A stretch of 38,759 nucleotides of DNA from Escherichia coli (GTDB lineage Bacteria; Pseudomonadota; Gammaproteobacteria; Enterobacterales; Enterobacteriaceae), in NCBI RefSeq assembly GCF_003334255.1, contig NZ_QOWU01000056.1. One strand, 5' to 3'. The notes beneath the pieces were generated by a model. That model was not told the DNA's origin. It did not search any database and saw only the letters and a program-made list of their open reading frames with translations. This document shows positions 1-10,431 of this stretch, one piece after another. The translations under genes and the position numbers were made by a program. Numbering within the stretch: the stretch's first letter is position 1; each line of letters opens with the position of its first letter.

Positions 1-72
1 CGTGTCAGTGGTGGCGCATTATAGGGAGTTATTCCGGCCTGACAAGAGGAAATTTAAAATAATTTTCTGACC
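1..72 (-). promoter_or_regulatory. rRNA operon P1 promoter with UP element, transcribing leftward out of the window (rrnC by synteny)
   Basis: Reverse complement of 1..68 reads AGAAAATTATTTTAAATTTCCTCTTGTCAGGCCGGAATAACTCCCTATAATGCGCCACCACTGACACG: A/T-rich UP element, -35 TTGTCA (40..45), 16-bp spacer, -10 TATAAT (18..23), GC-rich discriminator. Matches the rrn P1 architecture from memory. Confidence 0.8.
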
Positions 73-197
73 GCGCATTTTTTCAGCAAAAACCCCGTTA
101 ATGTGCCATAAAACAAGCAATTTGCCGTTTTTGCAACCGTAATCACACTTCCTGGTGGCATACTAAGGAGGAATAAAAAGAAAAAGGAAGATAAGTA

Positions 198-890
198 ATG
201 CCTTTAAGCGCACAACAGTTAGCTGCACAGAAAAACCTTTCGTATGTTCTGGCTGAGAAGCTGGCGCAACGGATCTTAAAAGGTGAATATGAACCCGGCA
301 CCATTTTGCCCGGTGAGATTGAGCTGGGCGAGCAATTTGGAGTGAGTCGTACAGCGGTACGCGAAGCGGTCAAAACGTTAACGGCAAAAGGGATGGTTTT
401 ACCGCGACCGCGAATTGGTACTCGGGTCATGCCACAATCGAACTGGAATTTTCTTGATCAGGAATTGCTTACCTGGTGGATGACAGAAGAGAACTTTCAT
501 CAGGTCATCGATCACTTTCTGGTTATGCGTATCTGTCTGGAGCCGCAAGCCTGCCTACTGGCAGCAACGGTTGGCACCGCGGAACAGAAAGCGCATCTCA
601 ATACGTTAATGGCCGAAATGGCGGCATTAAAAGAGAACTTTCGCCGTGAACGCTGGATCGAAGTCGATATGGCCTGGCATGAGCATATCTATGAAATGAG
701 CGCCAATCCGTTTTTGACCTCATTCGCCTCGCTATTCCATTCGGTTTATCACACTTACTTCACGTCAATTACCAGCGACACAGTGATAAAGCTGGATCTG
801 CATCAGGCGATTGTCGATGCGATTATCCAAAGCGATGGCGACGCGGCATTTAAAGCTTGTCAGGCGCTGCTACGCTCACCTGATAAGTGA
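198..890 (+). CDS. yieP: GntR-family transcriptional regulator YieP
   Basis: 230-aa ORF; N-terminal HTH region (GVSRTAVREAVKTLTAKG) typical of GntR/FadR family; synteny next to hsrA. Confidence 0.9.
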   Translation: MPLSAQQLAAQKNLSYVLAEKLAQRILKGEYEPGTILPGEIELGEQFGVSRTAVREAVKTLTAKGMVLPRPRIGTRVMPQSNWNFLDQELLTWWMTEENFHQVIDHFLVMRICLEPQACLLAATVGTAEQKAHLNTLMAEMAALKENFRRERWIEVDMAWHEHIYEMSANPFLTSFASLFHSVYHTYFTSITSDTVIKLDLHQAIVDAIIQSDGDAAFKACQALLRSPDK

Positions 891-912
891 TAACCCGATA
901 ACAGGACATTGA

Positions 913-2340
913 ATGAGCGATAAAAAGAAGCGCAGTATGGCGGGTTTGCCGTGGATCGCGGCGATGGCCTTCTTCATGCAGGCACTTGATGCCACTATTC
1001 TTAATACCGCCTTACCCGCAATCGCTCATAGCCTTAATCGTTCTCCTCTCGCGATGCAATCAGCCATCATCAGTTATACGCTGACGGTGGCGATGCTTAT
1101 TCCGGTAAGCGGATGGCTAGCCGATCGCTTCGGTACGCGTCGCATTTTTACCCTTGCCGTGAGTCTGTTCACATTGGGTTCTCTGGCCTGCGCACTTTCT
1201 AATTCGCTACCACAGCTGGTTGTCTTCCGGGTTATTCAGGGGATAGGCGGCGCAATGATGATGCCTGTTGCTCGGCTGGCCTTACTGCGCGCTTATCCTC
1301 GTAATGAACTTCTTCCAGTATTGAATTTTGTCGCCATGCCGGGTCTGGTGGGGCCAATTTTAGGCCCCGTTCTTGGCGGCGTGCTGGTCACCTGGGCAAC
1401 CTGGCACTGGATATTTTTAATCAATATCCCCATAGGTATTGCGGGCCTTCTTTACGCGCGCAAACATATGCCCAATTTCACCACCGCACGACGCAGATTC
1501 GATATCACTGGCTTTTTGCTGTTTGGCCTCAGCCTTGTTCTCTTCTCAAGCGGAATAGAGCTATTCGGGGAAAAGATTGTCGCCAGCTGGATTGCCTTGA
1601 CGGTAATTGTCACCAGCATCGGGTTACTGCTTCTCTATATTCTCCATGCACGACGCACGCCAAACCCATTAATTTCATTAGATTTATTTAAAACCCGCAC
1701 TTTCTCGATCGGTATCGTAGGCAATATTGCAACCCGTCTGGGGACCGGCTGTGTACCGTTCCTTATGCCATTGATGTTACAGGTAGGATTTGGTTATCAG
1801 GCGTTTATTGCTGGCTGTATGATGGCACCGACAGCGTTAGGTTCCATTATTGCAAAATCGATGGTTACCCAAGTCTTACGTCGTCTGGGCTATCGCCATA
1901 CGTTAGTGGGGATCACGGTGATTATTGGGCTAATGATCGCTCAGTTCTCTTTGCAATCACCAGCAATGGCTATATGGATGCTGATCTTGCCGTTGTTTAT
2001 ATTAGGGATGGCTATGTCGACGCAGTTTACCGCGATGAATACCATCACACTTGCCGATCTGACCGATGACAATGCCAGCAGCGGTAACAGTGTTCTGGCG
2101 GTCACGCAGCAACTGTCGATTAGTTTAGGCGTTGCTGTAAGTGCGGCCGTCCTTCGCGTTTATGAAGGAATGGAAGGCACAACGACTGTCGAACAATTCC
2201 ACTATACGTTTATCACAATGGGCATTATTACTGTTGCTTCAGCAGCAATGTTCATGCTTCTGAAAACAACCGATGGTAATAATTTGATCAAAAGACAGCG
2301 TAAATCTAAGCCGAACCGCGTTCCATCAGAATCGGAGTAA
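913..2340 (+). CDS. hsrA: MFS-family multidrug/efflux transporter HsrA (YieO)
   Basis: 475-aa ORF, highly hydrophobic with many predicted TM segments; position between yieP and rbsR. Confidence 0.9.
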
Positions 2341-3298
2341 GTTGTAATCGTTGTTGCTGAAGGGTCGGCTGGGTTATCCGATGGATGAGTACATCAATCG
2401 CCAGCTCCCCCAGTTCATCTTTCGGTTGGTGGATAGTGGTTAATGGTGGCGTCATAAAGCTTGCCAGTTCGATATCGTCATAGCCAATCACCGCGATATC
2501 CTGCGGAACCTGTAACTCTGCCTGATATAACGCCTGGTAAACGCCAACAGCCATAGCGTCATTTCCGGTAAAGACGGCCTGAGGACGCAGCGGATGTGAT
2601 AGCAGTTGGCGCATAGCGTCAAACCCGCCGTTAAATTCAAAATCACCAGTGACTTCATAGCCATCAGGAATGTTGAGACCCGCACGTTTCATCGCCGCCC
2701 GATAACCTTCCAACCGCAGGCGCGCCGGAGTTTTATCCAGCGGGCCGGTAATACAGGCGATACGGGTATGACCTTTATCGATCAGATATTGCGTTGCTAA
2801 GTCTCCGCCCAGCAACGAGTTATCCTGAATAAGATCGCTGTCGCCATCGAACGGAGCCCAGTCCATCATCACAGTAGGCACTGTCGGATAACGTTGCATG
2901 ATTTCACGCGAAGGTTGATGCGTTTCGGTGCACAGTAACAGCAAGCCATCAACGCGTTTTTGCATCAGCGTTTCCAGATTGCGATTCATCCGCTGTTCAT
3001 CGCCTTCGGTATTGCAAAGGACGAGACTATAACCGCGTTCGAAGCAGCTGCGTTCAACGCCACGCACCAGTTCTGAATAGAAAGGATTGGTACTGGCAGT
3101 GATCAACATGCCAATGGTATGTGTTTGATTGAGTTTGAGGCTACGCGCCAGAGCTGATGGCGCGTAATTGAGTTCTTTAATCGCCGCTTCAACTTTGGCG
3201 GTAATCGCTTCACTGACGAAGCGATCTTTATTGATAACGTGAGAAACTGTTGAGGTAGAAACGCCCGCCAGGCGGGCAACATCTTTCATTGTAGCCAA
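2306..3298 (-). CDS. rbsR: ribose operon repressor RbsR (LacI family)
   Basis: 330-aa ORF; N-terminal LacI-type HTH ([24 protein letters not shown]); immediately downstream of rbsK. Confidence 0.95.
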
Positions 3299-3301
3299 GC
3301 G

Positions 3302-4231
3302 TCACCTCTGCCTGTCTAAAAATGCGTCGATCTCTTCACGCCACGGTACGGAAGGTTGTGCGCCTTTACGTGTTACGGCAATCGCAGCGGCAGCATGGGC
3401 AAAACGAATCGCCTCTGGCAATGGTTTTTCTTCCAGCAATGCCGTGATTAACGCACCGTTAAAGGTATCTCCGGCAGCAATGGTATCGACAGCCTGCACC
3501 CGGAATCCAGGAACGCGCTGACCTTCACCATTCACGCTAGCCCATACACCACGACTTCCTAAAGTAATCAGTACAGTACGGATACCTTTTTCATGCAGTA
3601 CCTGCGCCGCCTTCGCTGCATCTTCATCATTTTCAACACGAATACCGGTGAGCTTTTCTGCTTCCGTTTCGTTTGGCGTAATAATGTCCACCAGCGCCAG
3701 CAGTTCGTCAGGAAGTTCGCGAGCCGGAGCCGGGTTAAGCGCAACGATAGTCTTATTTTGATGGGCGATTTTCGCCGCTGCCATCACACTTTCGAGTGGT
3801 GATTCCAGCTGCATTAATAATGCTGACGCGTTGGCAATACGCTCACGTTGCGCTTCCACCAGCGCCGGGGAAAGGGCAGCATTAGCGCCGGCATGAATAC
3901 CGATGACATTCTCACCTTCGCCATTAACAAAAATCAGCGCCACACCTGTTGATTCGCCTTTGATCACGCTGACCGGAGTAATATCAATGTTATCAGTGGC
4001 GAGCTGCTGGCGAACGCTCTCACCAATGCTGTCATCACCCGTACAGGCAATAAACGCGATATTCGCACCGCTACGCCCAGCAGCCACAGCCTGATTCGCG
4101 CCTTTGCCGCCAAATGCAACCTGATAGTGGTTACCGGTTACGGTTTCGCCTGGAGTAGGAAAAGATTGAAGATTAAGAATGTGGTCAGCATTAATGCTGC
4201 CAAGAACAACGAGGCTGCCTGCGTTTTGCAT
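3302..4231 (-). CDS. rbsK: ribokinase
   Basis: ORF track gives 318 aa from a GTG at 4258; recognised RbsK begins MQNAGSLVVLGSINADH at the ATG at 4231 (309 aa); PfkB-family motifs. Confidence 0.9.
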   Translation of the reverse strand: MQNAGSLVVLGSINADHILNLQSFPTPGETVTGNHYQVAFGGKGANQAVAAGRSGANIAFIACTGDDSIGESVRQQLATDNIDITPVSVIKGESTGVALIFVNGEGENVIGIHAGANAALSPALVEAQRERIANASALLMQLESPLESVMAAAKIAHQNKTIVALNPAPARELPDELLALVDIITPNETEAEKLTGIRVENDEDAAKAAQVLHEKGIRTVLITLGSRGVWASVNGEGQRVPGFRVQAVDTIAAGDTFNGALITALLEEKPLPEAIRFAHAAAAIAVTRKGAQPSVPWREEIDAFLDRQR

Positions 4232-4356
4232 ATTCGGGATGTCCATAAAATGCGCCACCGTGTTAGGGTGGCGCGTGCCCTGCTTTTCTTTATATTACAC
4301 GTTCATCTGTCGATGACGTATTTATGTCACCATCAGGTCATACAACCTGATTAAAA

Positions 4357-5247
4357 CTACTGCTTAACAACCAGTTTCAGATCAACCGGATACTTAGCCT
4401 GAACTTTCTCGCCTTTCAGCACTTTATCTGCGGTTTCGACGCCTTTCGCGCCAATCTGATCGGGTAGCTGAGCGATAGTCGCTGCTAGTTTGCCATCATT
4501 CACCGCTTTTTCGCCATCCGGTGTACCGTCAAATCCGACGACCATCACATCCGATTTACCGGCAGTTTGCAGTGCGCGCAGCGCGCCCAGCGCCATTTCA
4601 TCATTCTGCGCGAATACAGCCTGAACATCCGGATGAGCGGTCAACAGGTTCTGCATTACGTTCAAACCTTTAGTGCGATCAAAATCTGCTGGCTGGCTGG
4701 CAAGAACATTAAACTTGTGAGCAGCAACGGCCTGCTGGAAGCCTTCGCCACGTTCACGGGCTGCGGATGTACCAGCAATGCCTTGCAGCTCGATAACTTT
4801 GGCACCTTCACCCGCTTTCTTCGCGATGTAATCACCAGCGATTTTGCCGCCCAGTACGTTATCAGAAGCAATGTGGCTCACCACTTCACCTTTCGTTGCC
4901 TGGCGGTCAAGAGTGATAACCGGGATGTTCGCCTGGTTAGCCATCTTCACAGCATTACCCACTGCGTCGGAGTCGGTCGGGTTAATCAGCAGAATTTTTG
5001 TGCCGCGAACGGTTAAGTCCTGCACGTTCGCCAGCTCTTTCGCCGGGTTGTTCTGGGAGTCCAGCACCACCAGGTTATAGCCAAGTTTATCCGCCTCTTT
5101 CTGCGCGCCATCTTTCAGCGATACAAAGAACGGGTTGTTAAGCGTGGAGACCACCAGCGCGATGGTGTCTTTTGCCATCGCATTCGCACTGACGGTGGCG
5201 CTTAGCGCAACAGCGGAAACCAGGGTAGCCAGTTTTTTCATGTTCAT
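4357..5247 (-). CDS. rbsB: ribose ABC transporter periplasmic binding protein
   Basis: 296 aa starting [23 protein letters not shown] (signal peptide); ORF track has a 2-codon upstream extension. Confidence 0.93.
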   Translation of the reverse strand: MNMKKLATLVSAVALSATVSANAMAKDTIALVVSTLNNPFFVSLKDGAQKEADKLGYNLVVLDSQNNPAKELANVQDLTVRGTKILLINPTDSDAVGNAVKMANQANIPVITLDRQATKGEVVSHIASDNVLGGKIAGDYIAKKAGEGAKVIELQGIAGTSAARERGEGFQQAVAAHKFNVLASQPADFDRTKGLNVMQNLLTAHPDVQAVFAQNDEMALGALRALQTAGKSDVMVVGFDGTPDGEKAVNDGKLAATIAQLPDQIGAKGVETADKVLKGEKVQAKYPVDLKLVVKQ

Positions 5248-5271
5248 ATTCAAGATGTCCTGTAGTCGTTA

Positions 5272-6237
5272 TTACTGCTTTTTGTTGTCTACCAGCACCG
5301 CCAGCAAAATCACCACCGCTTTGACGATCATCTGGTAATAGGAGGAAACACCTAACAAATTCAATCCATTATTAAGGAAGCCAAGAATTAATGCGCCGAT
5401 CAACGTCCCAACAATGCGACCTTTTCCGCCCGCCAGACTCGTACCGCCCAGAACCACCGCAGCAATAGCATCCAGCTCATAGCCAGTCCCCGCCGTGGGT
5501 TGTGCGGAGGAGAGACGCGCCACTTCAATGATCCCGGCCAGCGATGCCAGCAGACCACAAAGAGAATAGACGATGATTTTGATTTTATTGACGTTGATAC
5601 CAGAAAGACGCGTTGCCGCTTCGTTGCCGCCCAGCGCGTAGATGTAACGCCCCAGACGCGTGTGATGCAGCATGTACCAGGCCGCGAGGAAGACAATCCC
5701 CATGATCCAGACTGGCGTCGGTACGCCCAGCGGACGACCAATACCAAACCAGCCAAACAGATCGGCGTTCTCAGTAAAGCCGGTATTCACTGGGCTACCG
5801 TTGGTATAAACCATGGTCACGCCGCGCAGTAAAAGCATCATAACCAGCGTAGCGATAAACGCCTGGACGCGACCTTTCGCTACAATCACCCCGGTTACCG
5901 CACCAATTGCGGCACCTAACGCGAGAGCAGCAGCGACAGCCACCAGCGCATTGACTTCAATACCGACGATAGATGCAGCAACTGCGCCGGTCAGCGCCAA
6001 CAGAGAACCTACCGATAAGTCGATGCCCGACGTCAGGATCACCAGCGTCATCCCGACCGCCATAATGGCGTTCACTGAGGTTTGCTGGAGAATATTGAAT
6101 AAGTTATTGATGGTGAAAAAGTTCGGGCTTAACGTCGAGACAATCGCGATCAGCACCAGCAGAGCGATAAGCGATTTCTGCTCCATCAGCCACGCTTTCG
6201 TGAAATAACGGCGACCAGAGACAGTCTGGGTTGTCAT
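5272..6237 (-). CDS. rbsC: ribose ABC transporter permease
   Basis: 321-aa hydrophobic ORF between rbsA and rbsB. Confidence 0.95.
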   Translation of the reverse strand: MTTQTVSGRRYFTKAWLMEQKSLIALLVLIAIVSTLSPNFFTINNLFNILQQTSVNAIMAVGMTLVILTSGIDLSVGSLLALTGAVAASIVGIEVNALVAVAAALALGAAIGAVTGVIVAKGRVQAFIATLVMMLLLRGVTMVYTNGSPVNTGFTENADLFGWFGIGRPLGVPTPVWIMGIVFLAAWYMLHHTRLGRYIYALGGNEAATRLSGINVNKIKIIVYSLCGLLASLAGIIEVARLSSAQPTAGTGYELDAIAAVVLGGTSLAGGKGRIVGTLIGALILGFLNNGLNLLGVSSYYQMIVKAVVILLAVLVDNKKQ

Positions 6238-6241
6238 TTTT

Positions 6242-7747
6242 TTACTCCTGATTCACGCGATTAAGCTTGCCCACAGCGGCAGCCATTAACACTTCCTGGG
6301 TGGCCTGCTCACGAGTAAATTCCCCGCTGAGATGCCCTTCATGCATGACGATGATGCGATCGCTCATGCCTAATACTTCTGGCATCTCCGATGACACCAG
6401 AATGATGCTCAAGCCATCGGCTTTGAACTGGTTAATCAGTTGATAGATCTCTTTTTTCGCGCCGACATCTACGCCACGGGTAGGTTCATCAAGGATCAAC
6501 ACTTTGGGGCGTGTCATCAGACCGCGGGCAATCGCCACTTTTTGCTGATTGCCACCGGAAAGCAGACCAATTGCCTGTTCCATCGACGGAGTTTTCACAT
6601 TAAACAGACGAATGAAATCACTCACAGCCTGCTGTTCATCGGCATGCTTCAAACTGCCGCCAGCGCGGCTGAAGTAGCGCAGCGCTGTCAGCGACATGTT
6701 CTCTTTTACTGACATGCCCAACACTAAACCGTCACGTTTACGGTCTTCGGAGATATACACAATGCCGTTTGCCAGGCCATCCTGCGGTGAACGGGTAACG
6801 ACTTCATGCCCATCCAGGGTGACGTAACCGCTGGTGCGCGGTAGTGCGCCGTAGAGCACTTTCATCAGTTCGGTACGACCTGCGCCCATCAAACCAGAGA
6901 CGCCAAGAATTTCGCCTTTGCGTAAAGTAAAAGAGACATCGTTAACGCCAGGTCCGCAGAGATTATCGACTTTCAGGCGGATATCTCCCGGCGCTTTGTC
7001 CAGGTGCGGATATTGATCTTCCAGCTTGCGACCCACCATCATCTCAATCAGCGAATCTTCGGTCAGTGATGCCACTTCGCGCTCAGCAATAAATTGCCCA
7101 TCACGAAAAACGGTAACGTCATCGCAAATCTCGAAGATTTCTTTCATGCGGTGGGAGATATAGACAATACCGCGGCCTTGCGATTTCAGCTCGCGGATGA
7201 CGCGGAACAGGGATTCGGTTTCGGTATCGGTCAGCGCATCGGTCGGTTCATCCATAATGATGACTTTCGACTCAAAGCTCAGCACTTTGGCGATTTCAAC
7301 CATTTGCTGGTCACCGATGGAAAGATCGCCCACCAGCTTGTCGCTTTTAAAGCGCAGGTTAAGTTTAGCCAGCAATTTATCCGCTTCGGCATACATGGTT
7401 TTCCAGTCAATTTTGCCAAAGCGATTAACAAACTCACGACCGAGGAAAATGTTTTCGGCAATGGTCAACTGCGGGATCAGGTTCAGTTCCTGATGGATAA
7501 TCCCAATCCCGGCTTCCTGGGAAGATTTTGGCCCGGTAAATGTCGTTTCTTTCCCCAGCCATAAAAGCGTACCGGCATCGCGAGTATAGATGCCAGTAAG
7601 CACTTTCATCATGGTGGATTTACCCGCGCCGTTTTCGCCCACCAGCGCCATCACGCGGCCCGGATAGACATTTAACGCTGCGCCCGAGAGGGCTTTTACG
7701 CCCGGGAAGGCTTTATCGATGCCTTTAAGCTGAAGTAATGCTTCCAT
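6242..7747 (-). CDS. rbsA: ribose ABC transporter ATP-binding protein (duplicated ABC domains)
   Basis: 501-aa ORF with two Walker A motifs (GENGAGKST; GLMGAGRTE) and ABC signature LSGGNQQK. Confidence 0.95.
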
Positions 7748-7754
7748 GACGGCC

Positions 7755-8174
7755 TCAGAACGTCACGCCAGCACAGAGAATGATATTCGCATACGGAGAA
7801 CATTCTCCGCTGCGAATTACCGCCTGACTTTCTGCGGTTTGTTGTTTGAATTGTTCATGCGTGGTGTAACGAATTTCAATGGTATTTCCCTGGTGTTTTT
7901 GCAGCTGCTCAAGGTGAGTGAGCAACGTTTCGTGGAGTTGCGGATTATGGTGTTTGATCTCTTCCGCGATAATGGCCGCCTCGACCTGCATTTCATTTGT
8001 GACGACGCCCAGCACCTGCATAAAAGAAGGTACACCCTGGGTTAATGCCATATCGATACGCGTTGTACTTTTGGGGATGGGTAAACCAGCATCACACACC
8101 ACCAGCGTATCGGTATGTCCCAGACGGGAGATCACCGATGAAATATCAGAATTAAGAACGGTGCCTTTTTTCAT
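7755..8174 (-). CDS. rbsD: D-ribose pyranase
   Basis: 139 aa starting [22 protein letters not shown]; ORF track extends 12 codons upstream across the operator palindrome, which I consider non-coding. Confidence 0.9.
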
Positions 8175-8186
8175 TTTTTTCTCCAT

Positions 8187-8204
8187 CAGCGAAACGTTTC
8201 GCTG
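8187..8204. promoter_or_regulatory. Perfect 18-bp palindrome CAGCGAAACGTTTCGCTG just upstream of rbsD; probable RbsR operator
   Basis: Perfect dyad read directly from the sequence, 13 bp upstream of the rbsD start codon; LacI-family repressors bind such palindromes. A half-site-like copy (TCGAAACGTTTT) lies at ~8268..8280. Confidence 0.7.
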
Positions 8205-8340
8205 ACCCACAGTTTAATCCTGACTGAGTTGGGAAAACCATCGTGACGTTACGGAAATGTGATCAACCTCGAAACGTTTTACATGGTGATTAACCATGAA
8301 AACAAAAACGCCCCCTTATGAAGAAAGGAGGCGTCTGGCG

Positions 8341-10209
8341 TTAGATTTCGACCTGAGTACCCAGTTCGATAACCCTGTTTGGCGGGATTTCAAATTGATC
8401 TGGTGCACGCAGCGCATTACGTTGCAGCAGCAAGTACAGCTTGCCGCGCAGACGCAAATACCACGGGCGTTTGCCGAGGATCAACGACTCATGCGACATA
8501 AAGAAGGAGGTTTCCATCATCCGGCAACTTAATCCTTCCAGACCGCAGCGGTGGAAAACTTCTTCTACGTTTGGCGTTTCTCGCCAACCATAACTTGCCA
8601 CCACGCGCCAGAAAGTGGGCGACAGTTGTTCAATCTGTACCCGACGGACGTTATGGACATATGGAGCGTCTTCGGTGCGCAGAGTTAACAGAATCACCCG
8701 CTCATGCAATACCTTGTTATGTTTAAGGTTATGCATCAGCGCAAAGGGAATGACGTTGATTGCACGCGACATATACACCGCGGTCCCGGGCACGCGAACA
8801 GGCGGTGATTTCTCCAGCGAAGCAATCATCGCTTCCAGAGAGTTACCATGTTCATGCATCCGCCGCAGCAAGCGGAAACGCTCGCTCTTCCAGGTGGTCA
8901 TCACGATAAACATCACAGTACCGAGGCTCAATGGCAACCAGCCGCCGGAGAGCAGTTTATCGAGGTTAGCGGTGAACAATGGAATATCGACACAAAGGAA
9001 AGCAATCAGGATCAGCGCAACAAAATACTTATTCCAGTGCCAGTTCTGACGTGCCACGGTAGTCGAGAGAATAGACGTCAGCACCATGGTTCCGGTCACC
9101 GCAATCCCGTACGCCGCCGCCAGGTTGCTGGAGTGCTCAAAGCTGACAATCACAATCACGACCGCGACATAGAGCATCCAGTTCACAAACGGAATATAGA
9201 TTTGCCCTGACTCCATTTCGGAGGTGTGAATAATGCGCATCGGCGACAAATATCCCAGACGTACCGCCTGACGCGTCAATGAGAAGACGCCAGAGATAAC
9301 CGCCTGCGAGGCAATTACCGTCGCCAGTGCGGCGATGATCAGCAGCGGGATCAGCGCCCAGTCCGGTGCCAACAGGAAGAACGGGTTCTTAATCGCTTCC
9401 GGGTTCTTTAACAACAGCGCTCCCTGACCGAAGTAATTAAGGGTCAAGGAAGGTAATACGACGGTGAACCACGCCAGGCGAATAGGGAACTTACCAAAGT
9501 GCCCCATATCAGCATACAGCGCCTCGACCCCCGTAATCGACAACACCACTGCCCCTAATGCAATAAAAGAAACCGTTTTGTATTCAAGGAAGAAATGCAC
9601 CGCCCACATTGGATTCAGCGCATGCAGCACTTCCGGGTTAGCAATAATGCTACGTAACCCCAGTCCTGCCAGAATCAAAAACCAGGTCAGCATGATCGGC
9701 GCAAACAGCTTACCGACCATAGCCGTGCCATGTTTTTGAATCATAAATAATAAAGTGAGAACGATAATTGAGAGGGGAACTATCCAGGTATCCAGCTGCG
9801 GGGCGACGATTTCCAGACCTTCAATGGCTGACATCACCGAAATAGCGGGTGTTATGACGACTTCACCATAGAAAAAGCTGCCGCCGATTAGCCCCATAAT
9901 CACCAGCATTGATGTGGTTCGCGCCGACGTATTACGCCCGGCAAGCGACATCAACGTCAGGATCCCCCCCTCACCGGCGTTATCTGCCCGCATCACGAAG
10001 GTGAGATATTTAATGGAAACCACAAAGATTAGCAGCCAGAAGATCAGCGATAAAAAGCCAAACACGGCATCGCGTTCAACGCCAAAACCAAACTGGCCGG
10101 ACAAACATTCACGAAGTGTATATAACGGGCTGGTACCAATATCGCCGTAGACAACTCCAATCGCCGCGAGGGTAATCGCGGGCAATGATTGCTTATTATC
10201 AGTGCTCAT
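8341..10209 (-). CDS. kup: KUP-family potassium uptake transporter
   Basis: 622-aa ORF, hydrophobic N-terminal two-thirds plus hydrophilic C-terminal domain; synteny next to rbsD. Confidence 0.95.
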
Positions 10210-10431
10210 AGACTAGTCTTTCGTTGAAATATGAAATGTGTGCTTAGTCCCTTGGCCCACAAAAAAGCGCACAGTATGCACGATTAACGGCAAAATCGTA
10301 CTCCTAAATGCGGCCACATTAACCTGGCTCAAAGAAAAATACCCCCCCTTTGAGACTATTTTAGCCACCAGCAAGAAACGTCTATACTCGCAATTTACGC
10401 AGAACTTTTGACGAAAGGACGCCACTTCATT

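Noticed and set aside
143-430. 95-aa minus-strand ORF overlapping the yieP start and promoter
   Set aside because: Overlaps a confident gene start and the rrn/yieP regulatory region; no RBS or conservation rationale.
4232-4258. Longer rbsK start from the ORF track (GTG at 4258, 318 aa)
   Set aside because: The recognised RbsK begins MQNAG at the ATG at 4231; the extension would translate through the GC-rich hairpin.
8175-8210. Longer rbsD ORF (151 aa) from the ORF track
   Set aside because: The extension covers the perfect operator palindrome; the recognised RbsD (139 aa) begins MKKGTV at 8174.
10408-10431. Upstream extension of ravA (506 aa)
   Set aside because: The known RavA N-terminus [11 protein letters not shown] starts at 10432; the extension is probably an ORF-finder artefact.
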